In this document: positions 23,301 through 33,998 of the stretch, one piece after another
Layout: the number at the start of each line of letters is the position of its first letter
How positions within the stretch are numbered: position 1 is the first letter of the stretch
DNA from: an uncultured Methanoregulaceae archaeon
GTDB taxonomy: Archaea; Halobacteriota; Methanomicrobia; Methanomicrobiales; Methanospirillaceae
Direction: 5' to 3'
Length of the DNA: 64,000 nt
NCBI GenBank assembly: GCA_963737635.1
Contig: CAVTTL010000001.1
Coordinates: 1,760,001-1,824,000 of the forward strand
Notes under the pieces: generated by a model
Told to the model about the DNA's origin: nothing
Seen by the model: the letters and a program-made list of their open reading frames with translations, nothing else
The model's database searches: none
Position numbers and translations under genes: made by a program

Positions 23301-25726
23301 TTTATCGCATCTTCATACCGTTCCTTCTGGGCAAGTGCGATTCCCTTCCGGTACAGGATCTTTGGATCGTCGGGCTCAATCTCGAGCGCCTGATCGTACG
23401 AAATGATCGCTTCCAGCTGCTTGCCAAGACTGGCAAGGGCATTGCCTTTCTCAAAGAATGCCCGGGCACACCGCCGGTTGATTTCCAGTACCCGCTCAAA
23501 TGCCCGCACAGCTTCATCGAAACGGGAGAGCTCCGCAAAGGAAACACCTTTATAATACCATGCCCGTTCATCCCGGGGAGCGATTTCAAGGGCGCGATTG
23601 AGGGTCGTAATAGCGTCTTCGTATCTGCCAAGGGCAACCAAGGCCGTTCCTTTGCCGACCAGGGCCTGCGTATTCTTCGGATTAAGACCGATGACCCGGT
23701 CGAAGGCCTCGATTGCTTTGATGGTTTCTCCGAGCTGCGCATAACAGATCCCCGCGGAAAGCCAGGAGTCGGCAAGGCCGGGATCCTGCTCGACTGCGGC
23801 CTCAAAGGCTGTAACTGCATCCTTCCACCGATTCAGTTGCATGAGTGCAAGCCCTTTCTCATTAAGGGCAGACGTGTTCTGGGGGGAAAGTGCAAGAACT
23901 GCATCATAGGCTGCAGCTGCATCGGTGTACCTCCCTTGGTTAAAAAGCATTACTCCCCGGTGGTACAGCGCAAGCGTATGAGTTGGGTCTATCGCCACTG
24001 CATGGTCAAATGCCAGGAGCGCTTCATCAAGTAGGTCAAGCTTTGCAAGGGCAATGCCCTTGTTGTAATAGGCATTGACATAGTTGGGATAGATCCCGAT
24101 TGCCTGATCGAAAGCTTCGATCGCAATCTGGACCTGCTCCGCTTTTAACAGGGCAGTGCCCTTGTCATAGTAGGCCTGCGCATTGTCAGGTCGAAGAGCT
24201 ATACTTTTATTGAACGCGTCCAATGCATCGTCAAGCCTGCCCATTCTGACGAGAAGCTGACCTTTCTGGTGGTAAGCCTGGGAATTGCCGGGGTTTTCGT
24301 TTAAGGACCGATCGAATTCCTGAAGCGCCTCCTCGCTGTTTCCGAGCTTCGCTAAGGCAAACCCCTTGTGATAAATAACATCCGAATAATCGGGCCTGAT
24401 CTTAAGTGCGCGATCGTAGGCAGCGACAGCATCGCCAAATTTCCCAAGGCTTGCAGAGGCAAGGCCGATTTGATAGGCGGCCGAAGCGCATCCAGGATCA
24501 ATTGTCAGGGTATGTTCAAAGGCTCCAATTGCATCATCCTGCCGGCCAAGGCGGGAAAGAACGATCCCCCGGAAGTAAGACGCACCTACATGGTCGCTCT
24601 GCTGGGAAAGGATCTGGTCAAACGCACTGAGTGCTTCATCGTATCTGCTCAGGTGGATGCAGGAGACTCCCCGGTTGTATAAGGCATCAGCATTTTCCGG
24701 TTCAGCGGCTAGTGCCCGGTCAAAATCTACTACTGCCTCACGGAAACGCCCGAGATGCTGGTTGGCTTTGCCCCGGAAAAAATAGATCTTGTTGTTTTGC
24801 GGGGTGAGTTCCGCCGCTTTATCCAAGGCATATGCGGCATCCTCGTACTGTTCCATCTCAAAGAGGGAAAATCCCTTGTAGAGCCATGCATCTGCGACGA
24901 GAGGGTTTTGTAAGATGGCCTGGTCAAACGATTCCGCAGCATCGGCGTACTTTTTGGTCCGGTACTGGGCAATTCCACGGATTACCCAGATATCCGCATG
25001 ATCAGGTTCAGATGCGAGGAATGTCCCTGCTGCTTCCGCTGCTTCAGCATACCGTTCCTGTTTTGCAAGAATGAATGAGCGGTAATACCAGACCCAGGCA
25101 TCAGATGGATCGAGAGCATAAGCTTTTTCAAAGGCATCAAGGGCTTCCTCATACCTCCCTGTATCATAAAGGGAGATCCCCATGTTGTAAAATGCCTTTG
25201 CATAACCGGGGATAATCTCGATCGCCTTTCCGTAGGCAACAATGGCTTCGTCATGTCTTCCCAGATCCGCAAGGGCAATGGCCTTGTTATAGTAGACTTT
25301 CGCGTGGCTAGGATCGATTGCAAGTGCATGATCATAGGCCGTTATCGCCTCCTGATACCGACCTAGTTCATAAAGGGCGATTCCCTTAAGGATCCATGCT
25401 TCCGCATTGTCGTACTTGAGAGCGATAAGACGCTCGCAGGCGTCGAGCGCTTCCTTATTCCTGCCGATTTGTGCAAGGGTCGCGGCCTTGTTATACCATG
25501 CATTGATGTCGGAAGAATCAATTGCAAGTGCGTTATCATAGGATTCGATTGCTGCCTCGTACCGGCCGAGATCGTATAAAGCGATGCCTTTGAAATAATG
25601 AGCCTTGGGTAAGCGGGGAAAGAGTGTAAGTGCCCGATCAAACATGACCACGGCTTCCTGATGCCTGCCGAGATCATAGAGTTCGATACCCTGCCGCATC
25701 AGTGCTTCAGCATCACTTCTGCTCAT
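14302..25726 (-). CDS. Giant tetratricopeptide-repeat protein (~3,800 aa, ~110 TPRs); apparent frameshifts at ~21490, ~21370 and ~14660
   Basis: Three consecutive ORFs of continuous 34-aa TPR units (AWxxKGxAL..LGRYxEA..AFDxAL.IxP). The 21490-21370 gap reads as TPR in the shifted frame (ELGRYEEAILSFDQALESDPHLDHALFHRG). Confidence 0.88.
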
Positions 25727-25899
25727 GAACTGTCATCGCCTCTTGATAGTTTTTGAAAATTCCTGCACCGCATGACGTATATACGCGTGGGAAAATGCGG
25801 CTTATACTCTTTCCGGTATATATATGTACACCACTATTTATGAATGCTATTTTTATAGCCCCTTCGTTTACGGTTTATACATTTATATCAGGATGATTT

Positions 25900-27129
25900 T
25901 TACCGGCAAAGGGATCGTCCTACCTGGCTCAGCCGTTCAATTCCTTCTGTAATTCTCTCGGAATTGGTATTGGAAAAGTTCAATCTGAGAGTATTCGTGC
26001 CACCCCCATCAACGTAGAACGGGATACCTGGGAGCACGGCGACCTCCTTTTTGAGAGCTCCGGTAAAGACGTCCATTGCCTGACAGCCGGCAGGAAGCGT
26101 GACCCAAACAAACATTCCTCCATCAGGCTTTGTCCACCGGGTGCCGTCCGGCATATAATCCTGCATTGCTACAATCATGGCTTTAGCCTGCTCTCTGTAT
26201 GCGGCTCGTATCCTGCTGACATGGGCATCAAGGTCTACCGTTTCGAGGTAGCGTGAAGCGATCCGCTGTGAAAGGTAATTGGAGTGAAGATCAGATGCCT
26301 GTTTTGCCACAACGAGCTGGTCCATGATCTGCCGCGGGGCACAAACCCAGCCTAGACGCATCCCCGGCGCCATGATCTTCGAGAACGAACCGGTCAGGAT
26401 AGTCTGGTCAGGCAGGTATTTTTTGATTGGTGGGAGTGCTTTTCCCGAGAACTGAAGTTCACCATATGCATCATCCTCGACCAGAATCGTGCTGGTACCC
26501 TCAAGAATATCTGCACATGCTTTTCGGCAGTGCCTCGAGTACGTGATTCCTGATGGATTCTGCGAGTTTGGAATCGCATAATAGATTTTTGTACACGCGC
26601 TCGAAACTGCCGCTTCAAAAGCTGTCTCAGCTGGTCCGTCAGCTCCGAGTTCAACCGGTGCAAAAACCGGTTCGTAGAGCGAGTAGACCTGGATTGCACC
26701 GAGATACCCCGGACGTTCGATAACGATCCGGTCACCAGGATCGATGAGAATCTTTCCTATGAGATCGAGGCATTGTTGCGAACCATTTGTGATGAGTATC
26801 TCATCGGGTAAAAGATCGAGGCCGAGGCGCTTTTTATACCGGTCCGCAATGAACTGGCATAACGGGAAGTACCCCTCAGTTGTCGCATACTGGAGGGCAG
26901 TTCTGCCATCGCTGCTGAAAACATCTGCAGCAGCCTGCGCAAGTCCTCCGACATCGATCAAACCGGGATTTGGCAGGCCACCGGCAAAGGAGATGATTTC
27001 AGGATTTTCCGTGACCTTGAGGATCTCCCGGATAAATGATTTCGGGGTCGTACCCATCCGCCGGGCGAACGCATGAGGCTGGGATGACGATCTCCTTTTT
27101 CCCTGCACGGATTCTTGTTTTTTGTCCAT
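25900..27129 (-). CDS. PLP-dependent aminotransferase (2-aminoadipate/aromatic, LysN/Aro8-like)
   Basis: ISFAGGLP, ALQY, QNPSG, EDDAY and GSFSKIMAPGMRLGW. Confidence 0.9.
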   Translation of the reverse strand: MDKKQESVQGKRRSSSQPHAFARRMGTTPKSFIREILKVTENPEIISFAGGLPNPGLIDVGGLAQAAADVFSSDGRTALQYATTEGYFPLCQFIADRYKKRLGLDLLPDEILITNGSQQCLDLIGKILIDPGDRIVIERPGYLGAIQVYSLYEPVFAPVELGADGPAETAFEAAVSSACTKIYYAIPNSQNPSGITYSRHCRKACADILEGTSTILVEDDAYGELQFSGKALPPIKKYLPDQTILTGSFSKIMAPGMRLGWVCAPRQIMDQLVVAKQASDLHSNYLSQRIASRYLETVDLDAHVSRIRAAYREQAKAMIVAMQDYMPDGTRWTKPDGGMFVWVTLPAGCQAMDVFTGALKKEVAVLPGIPFYVDGGGTNTLRLNFSNTNSERITEGIERLSQVGRSLCR

Positions 27130-27311
27130 GAAAATATGGATCCCTGCCAGAATTCTTATTTATTATATTGAAAAAGCGAAGTTATAAACATGGAAGGTAT
27201 CAGCACCGGCTTCAATTTCGATCACATACAATAAAACCGGGTTTTTGCCCAAAGACTACTTCAAAAGACTTTTTAGCCTGAAATGCGAACGGTTTCCAGA
27301 AGGTATCTTGT

Positions 27312-27602
27312 ATGACTGTCATCAAGAGTATCGAGATTATTTCATGGGCGAAGATCCATGCATTGTTCGGTATCGTGTTCGGCCTGATTTATGGCATTCT
27401 GCTTGGCATCATGGGTGCTGCAATCGGGGCTAAATACGGCCTGCCCGGTCTGACAACTCTTGGCCTGCTCTCCATCATTGTCTTCCCCATCATCTTCGGG
27501 ATTATGGCATTTATCATGGGGGCGATCCTCGCTTTCCTGTACAACATCTTTGCAGACAAAGTCGGCGGTGTTGAGATCGAGCTCACCGAGAAAAAAGCAT
27601 AA
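27312..27602 (+). CDS. Small 2-TM membrane protein (DUF3566-like)
   Basis: Two hydrophobic helices ending in LYNIFADKVGGVEIEL; T-rich tract downstream. Confidence 0.75.
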   Translation: MTVIKSIEIISWAKIHALFGIVFGLIYGILLGIMGAAIGAKYGLPGLTTLGLLSIIVFPIIFGIMAFIMGAILAFLYNIFADKVGGVEIELTEKKA

Positions 27603-27718
27603 ACCTTTTTTTATCTTCTTGACGCCCTCCCGGCTGTCCGGAACACGAGGAAACCGGTCTTCTGTATTCCTCACAACCACACCAGTATTAACTTCTGCGG
27701 CAAAACAGGCCGATGGAA

Positions 27719-27856
27719 TTATGGAGTTGTTTCACGGAAGGGAATTACAGTGACTGCTGCTCCACCCATCTCCGCAAATTCGGCAACCCGGCGGGAAACC
27801 CGGGGGACCATTGAGGCCGGAGTGAGGATCAGGGAGGATTCGCCAACCAGCGCCAC
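27719..27856 (-). pseudogene. Remnant of the C-terminal tail of a CbiO/NikO-like ECF ATPase
   Basis: Manual translation ALVGESSLILTPASMVPRVSRRVAEFAEMGGAAVTVIP aligns with ALVGECSVLLTPASMVPHVFRRVETYCRESGNTIAVVP of the 35042-36253 protein. Confidence 0.75.
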
Positions 27857-28110
27857 GGTCTGACCGGATAACGAGCAGATCAGAGAATCTCTAATTAAAA
27901 TAAAAATTCAAAATTTACACATTTTTTGCTACAAAAATAAAAATACTTATTAACAGGGCCGTTCTATGTTTCATGCGGAGATGTCCCTTGACTTAATGGA
28001 AATCTCCTCATCCTTCGACAAGATATCGCCATGGGCTGTGCTGTCTGTCAGCCCAAAAAAACCGGGACCATTGGGGAATGATCCCGGAAAACAGCAGACG
28101 GGTGATTGAC

Positions 28111-28452
28111 ATGAAACAAACACTGTATAATGGAAGCCGGAAGACGACCGTTAATACGAAGTATGACGAGTGTCTCTATCTCGCACCACGGCCGGTTTCT
28201 GATCAGCCAGACGTTAAGGTAACAGGAAAGGATCTCTACATTCATGTAACGGCCGATCAGGACAAGAGCATTATGTACTATCTTCATCTCTGGACTACCA
28301 GCAGGACCATCAAAGAAAAGATTCTGCCTCTATCGCCATCTATGGCAGACCGGTTCTTGAAAACCAAGGGTCTTATCTGCAATCTCTTCCCGAAAAACGA
28401 TCCAGTGACAAATCTTTATGCGTGGGGGTACGGGATTGCAGAAGAATTCTGA
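28111..28452 (+). CDS. Hypothetical protein
   Basis: 113-aa ORF; GGGTGA RBS before ATG 28111; own TATA-like element at ~27945. Confidence 0.65.
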   Translation: MKQTLYNGSRKTTVNTKYDECLYLAPRPVSDQPDVKVTGKDLYIHVTADQDKSIMYYLHLWTTSRTIKEKILPLSPSMADRFLKTKGLICNLFPKNDPVTNLYAWGYGIAEEF

Positions 28453-28884
28453 CATTCAATTTATGCACATCCCCAATCTTTCTCTTTTCAAGAACTTTAT
28501 CATTAAACAAAGGGAACGATTTGCGGTCTGGCAATTCGTTTCAGTGAGAGTTCCGGGAATCATTACGCACCGTACCATTACGAGATTTTGTAGAAGATCG
28601 TAACCGAGAGACAGACCCCGATAATTGCAATATAAAACCAATTCTGGTTCTCGCGAATCCATCCGGTAATCGACCGGATCCGAGCCAAAAAAATCCCGGA
28701 GCGCGTTACTGCTGTCGGTTTTTTCTTTGACATGGCAATCACTACGAACGTATTAATTCCAGATATTTGATCCGATCATACTTCCTGTAAAAAATCCAAC
28801 CACACATACAAGATGTACAACCTAGTTCCGGGTTTAATCAGGGTATGTCGGGTATGCAAAAAAAGGGGATAATCTTTTGCGGAA

Positions 28885-29232
28885 TCAGTCATTCCTCTTG
28901 ATGATGACCTTGCCGATGCCATATGCAATCGCGGAAGCGATGAGAACCCCAAAGATTGCCGAGACGTAATAACCCGGCGTCTGGGTTGGAATGGTTGTAT
29001 GGTCTCCTGGTAAATCATAACCATCTAACGGCGCGCTCCAGAGGCCAGTTAGTTGCTGAAGCCCGGCCGGCACATAGCCTACGGCTTGCTGGAGTTCATC
29101 AGGACCCCATTCCCCAAAGGCGGTTCCGCTTGCGATTAATCCAACGGGCACACATACCATGAGGACAATGAGGGCAAGAACGAGGACTTTAAACGTCTTG
29201 TCCATTTTGTTGAATACACCCATAACATCCAT
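28885..29232 (-). CDS. PDGLE-domain ECF metal transporter component (NikN-like)
   Basis: GTAFGEWG...APLDGYDLPG flanked by two TM helices; directly follows the nikM-like gene. Confidence 0.82.
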   Translation of the reverse strand: MDVMGVFNKMDKTFKVLVLALIVLMVCVPVGLIASGTAFGEWGPDELQQAVGYVPAGLQQLTGLWSAPLDGYDLPGDHTTIPTQTPGYYVSAIFGVLIASAIAYGIGKVIIKRND

Positions 29233-29243
29233 GATGGTTTACC

Positions 29244-29975
29244 TCACGCCGGTGCCGCTCCTTGGCCGGTATCTGGTTTTGAGTAATTTTCAATCTCCGA
29301 TTTATAATTAAAGATGATCTCCGGATTGTTTTTCGCAATATATGCAAATGCCAGACCGGTAACGATCAATTCCACCCAACAGAAGAAACCAAAATGATCA
29401 ATCAGCATTGCCGGTACAGTAATGTTGAGCCCGTAAGGCATGTAGAGAGGAACGCCCGATGCCGTGTGTTCGAGAACTGGTTGGATACCCATTTCAAACC
29501 CGGCAACGCCGGCAGCGATGCCTAAAGCAAAATACCCGCCTATCGCTGCGGCAGCGATCCTTCGGTTTGATGCAATCGGCGATTTCCAAGCGATAAGTTT
29601 ATAGATGAAGTATCCCACGAACGGAATGACAGTACCCATGTTGAAACAGTTTGCCCCGAAGGCAGTGATCCCTCCATCCCCAAAGACGAGGCACTGGATG
29701 AGGAGCGCAACAGTAGTTGTCACGACTGCTGCCCAGGGACCTAGGATGATTGCAACGAGCGCGCTGCCGACCGCATGCCCCGAACTGCCGCCGGGAACCG
29801 GTACGTTGAACATCATGATTACAAACGAGAATGCTGCTGCCAGTGCCAGGTACGGCACCTGCCGGGACCGAAGGTTTTTCTGTACCCAGTATCCGGCATA
29901 CAGCCATATCGGGATCATAATCAAGTACATCGTGATAAAAGTCGTCGGACCTAAGTATCCGTCAGGTATATGCAT
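29244..29975 (-). CDS. nikM: ECF substrate-binding component of the CbiM/NikM family (MHIPDG, nickel-type N-terminus)
   Basis: MHIPDGYL, GSSGHAVG and GDGGITAFGAN. Confidence 0.82.
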   Translation of the reverse strand: MHIPDGYLGPTTFITMYLIMIPIWLYAGYWVQKNLRSRQVPYLALAAAFSFVIMMFNVPVPGGSSGHAVGSALVAIILGPWAAVVTTTVALLIQCLVFGDGGITAFGANCFNMGTVIPFVGYFIYKLIAWKSPIASNRRIAAAAIGGYFALGIAAGVAGFEMGIQPVLEHTASGVPLYMPYGLNITVPAMLIDHFGFFCWVELIVTGLAFAYIAKNNPEIIFNYKSEIENYSKPDTGQGAAPA

Positions 29976-30029
29976 TGTTCATAACACCTAAAGGATATAT
30001 ACGGATACAGAGTTATAAAAACCTGTCTA

Positions 30030-30052
30030 TTTGTAATACTAATTACTACAAA
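30030..30052. promoter_or_regulatory. Imperfect palindrome TTTGTAATACTAATTACTACAAA upstream of nikM; candidate metalloregulator site
   Basis: 23-bp inverted repeat with two mismatched pairs, 55-77 bp upstream of the nikM start. Confidence 0.4.
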
Positions 30053-30264
30053 ATATTTCAAAATGGTGATTTGATTTGAAAACGGGAAGAAATTGCATAT
30101 TTCCATCATAAAATTCGACCAGAGAACAAAGAGTTTATGATCGGTGATCTTCCCTCACTATTCAGATATAAAGGTATAAGAAAATTTCAATTTGATATGA
30201 ATTTGTAAAAATTTTTGATGAAATCGTAACAAAAAATATATCAGTTCTTTTTACAAATATTCCT

Positions 30265-30290
30265 CCATATTCCGTTTAAACGGAATATGG
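30265..30290. promoter_or_regulatory. Perfect 26-bp palindrome CCATATTCCGTTTAAACGGAATATGG in the S-layer gene leader
   Basis: Directly visible; ~25-30 bp downstream of an AAAAAATATAT BRE/TATA-like element. Confidence 0.6.
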
Positions 30291-30373
30291 CGCTTACAGA
30301 ATCGTTATTCGGCAAATGTCGAAACGGTTTTTCGGCTTGAAATGTATGATGTAAGAACTTTGGAGGAAAACGA

Positions 30374-33197
30374 ATGACCAAGCGATTAACGATTGCACTT
30401 ATTGCACTCGTCGCGTTGGTACTTGTCGCAGTACTGCCGGTATCGGCAACCTACTACGATATCAACAACACGATCCAAAAGGGTGCAGTAGTGTATATTG
30501 GAGAACAGCAATTGAACATTGCACCTGCCATTAATGCAATGCCAGCTACCGATAACGCTATCGGCTGGTGGGCATCAGCGGCGGCCCTGAGCAGCACGTC
30601 CCCGACGGTATCTATCCCGTTGAGTTCCATCACCTCGAACTCGTTCTATGTCTCCTCGGCCCAATTTAGCGGCTACACAGGAAACTGGTACGGAGTGACG
30701 ACTGCCGGTAGTATAGGAGATACTACGACCGGTGCAATCTTCAACGTACAGGACCCAAGTGTCGCCGTTGATGTCTGGGATATCACGGCCGGCACCACGG
30801 TTACCAGCGGCACTTCAATTCAGGGCGACGCTCTTACGTTCCGTATCAACACGAACCTGCAGAGTGCCCTCGCTGGCTCTCGTTCAATGGATGCGGCTGA
30901 AATCGCAGCAATGGCAGCCGGAAAGAACGCAGGCGGTAACATAGACATCAAGGTTAACAGTGCATCCGGCAACACGTATGTTTCGCTGTTCAATGGCAGC
31001 GGCCTCAACACCTCGAGCATTACCTCGCAGAATGTAACCAGCGCTCTGTGGTTCTGGGGTACATACCAGGGTGCAGTTCCCACCAGCAGCAATATCAACT
31101 ACTCGTGGGCGACCGGTGCAGTCGATTCAAGCGGTCAGCTTGCCTACCCGGCTGGTGTATACACCGTTGTTGCCCAGTCGAGGCTTAACGGTATGTACGA
31201 TAACTACCTGAACGGTGGCGCAACCTATACTGGTAAGACGATCAGCCAGCCCGCAACGGTTACCTTATCGTCCAACACAGTCGCGATCTCGGCCAACGTT
31301 AACTCCGTTGTCCGCAGCAAGACGTTCTCGGTCACGATCACAGGTAAGCCCTATGGCGTTTACCACCTGTGGGTCAAGGGAACCAGCACGATGAATGGCA
31401 ACTACGATTACCAGCCGCCCTTCATTACCGCGAACCAGGCAGGCGTCCAGTTTGATCCGATAGCCACGACCAGCATGCCCGCTGTTAACAGCCCGTACAA
31501 CCCGTTCGCAGATAACGGTGGATACTTAGCCCAGAACGGTGTCTACGTCTGGAACTCTGTTGCACACGGTGATGACATTTCAACCCTAGGCCCTGATTCA
31601 ACGGCACTTGGCAATGGTACCTTTGAATACGCCAATATAACCCTCGACCAGACCGGTTCGAGAACTGTTCAGTGGTCGACGACCAACTGGACTGAGGCTC
31701 AGCAGTATACCCTCCGTGTCGAGCAGGACTTCGGAACCTCCGCTAACCACAACTACAAGTACGATGAGGTTAACGTGCAGGTCCAGCAGGGCGCAGTTAC
31801 TGTCGTAGCCGCCGGCTCCCAGAGCTACTACCTCGGCGAAGAGGTACAGTTCTCCGGTACCAACACTGAATCCCAGACGACCTACCTGTTCATCACAGGA
31901 CCCAACCTGGCTACCAATGGTGCTCAAATCGCGAAGAACGCTCCGGCACAATATCCAGTCACGAATGGCCAAGCGTCTACTTTCCAACAGGTTGACGTTC
32001 TTGGTGACAACACCTGGTCATGGGAGTGGGGAACAAGTAACGTCGCTCTCGATGCAGGTACCTACACGATCTATGCAGTCAGCGACCCCGATGACGCAAA
32101 TAACTTACCTGATGCATACAGTACAGTCTCAATCACCCTCAAGGCACCGTTCGTCAGTGCGACTGCTTCAGAGTCCACCGTTGCCCAGGGTGACCCGGTC
32201 TACATCACCGGTACTGCACAGGGCCAGCCCTCTGCAGGTATCAACATCTGGATTATGGGTAAGAACTACGCTTACGTAGGATCCCAGTCCGTGAACAGCG
32301 ACTCGTCGTTCTCGTACAAAGTTGAAGGAGCCACCACGGCGGACCTGGCTACCGGCCAGTACTTCGTTGTCGTCCAGCACCCGATGGAGAACGGTGTGTT
32401 CGATGTTGAGGCAGTTCCGCTCCCGCAGAACACAAAATCCGACGGAGCAAACGCAGGCCAGACCTCAGTGGTCTACATCGACAGCCCGAACAGCCCAGGA
32501 ACATTCCCGACCTTGAACTCTGACAGTTCTGTAGCCCAACTGTCAACTGGTACCGCTGAATTCTCACTTTCCGGTACGAACGCCCTGCAGGGATCCAACG
32601 CTGCAGAAGCACTGGTAGAGGCTATCAACAGCCCGAATGTCGATGATACCTACACCAAGCTCCAGTTCCTGGTAGAGACGCCGGTCATCACCATCAACCC
32701 GATTGGCGACCACGCTGTTGGTGACAAGTTCACCATCACCGGTACGACCAACCTCGCCGTAGGTGACAACGTCCTCTTCGACGATCGTATTCATCATCAT
32801 TCCGCCGACTGATAAGACCCAGTCCGGTGAGTTCAGCGGCGCATCCGGCACTGTGGCAGTTACCCAAGGTACCAATGGACTGAACGCGATCTCGTTCGAT
32901 GTCGATGCATCAACATACAAAGCGGACGAGTATCTCGTGACAGCATCTTCCGTCGGTCTCCCGCTCACAAGCCAGCCAACGGGTACTGCACTGTTCAACG
33001 TTCTTCAGGCAGGCACCACCACGGTAACCCCGACCTCCGTTGCAACAGCCGTAACCACTGCTCAGCAGACCACGATCGCAACCCAGCAGCCGACCCAAAC
33101 TCCGACACCAACACCCACCAAGACCCCAGGGTTTGGTGCACTTGTCGCTGTAATTGGTCTCGGTGCAGTTGCGTTCATTATCGTGCGCAGGAACTGA
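30374..33197 (+). CDS. Major S-layer glycoprotein (Methanomicrobiales type) with PGF-CTERM sorting signal; apparent frameshift at ~32780-32805
   Basis: GGAGG RBS, signal peptide, YYLGEEVQFSGTNT, YFVVVQHPM, DDTYTKLQFLV, Thr-rich linker, TPGFG-TM-RRN; strongly biased codon usage. Confidence 0.9.
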
Positions 33198-33204
33198 ATT
33201 AAAA

Positions 33205-33222
33205 TCTAAATTTTTCTTTTTT
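33205..33222 (+). terminator. Oligo-T archaeal terminator of the S-layer gene
   Basis: TTTTTCTTTTTT tract shortly after the stop codon. Confidence 0.5.
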
Positions 33223-33442
33223 GGCGTTGTTGCGTTTACGGTTGGTGACTACTATTTCACGTCGTTAAAATGTTCAAATGAACCGCCACTGCAACAAAAA
33301 CGAAATTTTCTTTTCAGGACCTTCACGATCAATTCTTATTTGTCCTCCATACGAGAGGGCACCTTCTCCCGACACTCCCCGGCTTTGGCCAAATTGATCA
33401 TTTTTTCTTGTGTTAAAACAAATATATTTTTGTTGTTTGATG

Positions 33443-33572
33443 GGTGTCCCGGCTGCTTGCCATCAGGAGGAGCAAAAAGATTTCTCACTCCCGTTAACCT
33501 GATTGGAGGAGGTGATCAGGACAGCGCATTCGACACGAGAGTTTGAATGCCAGAAATGTAGTGGCTGCCACA
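33443..33572 (+). ncRNA. Candidate structured small RNA
   Basis: TATA-like element at ~33413-33430, then hairpins CCTGATT-GGAGGAGGT-GATCAGG (33498-33520) and GCATTCGAC...GTTTGAATGC (33526-33550). Confidence 0.3.
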
Positions 33573-33581
33573 GTTCGTATC

Positions 33582-33947
33582 TCAGGCCAAGTGGTTTATC
33601 AGATCCCTCTCATAAGTTATAGCATAGAGGGCAAATGTATCGGGATCCGCAAAGGGTCCAACCATGAGCGAAGTTTCTTCCACAGGATCGGATCGCATCA
33701 TGGTCATGGTCGTTCCTTTCTTGGGGGAATAAGTATACCTTACTTCCAGCAGGTGATCGTGCCCGAGCAGCCCTGGGTTGCGGGACGGGTTATAAGCTAC
33801 GGCAACCGCCCAGCGATCCTCCTGCATATCGAGGTAGACAGTTGAGATAAGGTACCGGTTATCCTTCCTGATCATCACTTCATCTTCGAATTTTCCCACC
33901 GCTTGTCGCGTTGCCGGCTGCGGGCTGATTCCATAAAATTTTGACAT
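33582..33947 (-). CDS. Hypothetical protein
   Basis: 121-aa ORF with a strong AGGAGGT RBS. Confidence 0.75.
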   Translation of the reverse strand: MSKFYGISPQPATRQAVGKFEDEVMIRKDNRYLISTVYLDMQEDRWAVAVAYNPSRNPGLLGHDHLLEVRYTYSPKKGTTMTMMRSDPVEETSLMVGPFADPDTFALYAITYERDLINHLA

Positions 33948-33998
33948 TTTTACCTCCTTTTCCTCATAGCATTACTACATTTTTCTATCATGACCGGT

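Noticed and set aside
14654-25074. Long plus-strand ORFs (e.g. 536, 320 and 297 aa) antisense to the TPR gene
   Set aside because: Shadow ORFs caused by codon bias of the repeat gene; no recognisable motifs.
27975-28030. Fluoride or cobalamin riboswitch near the metal transport genes
   Set aside because: The consensus elements could not be matched; kept only as an unclassified structured leader.
33503-33622. Micro-ORF containing CQKCSGCH (CxxCH-like)
   Set aside because: No properly spaced RBS, no signal peptide, and it overlaps the convergent gene; likely chance.
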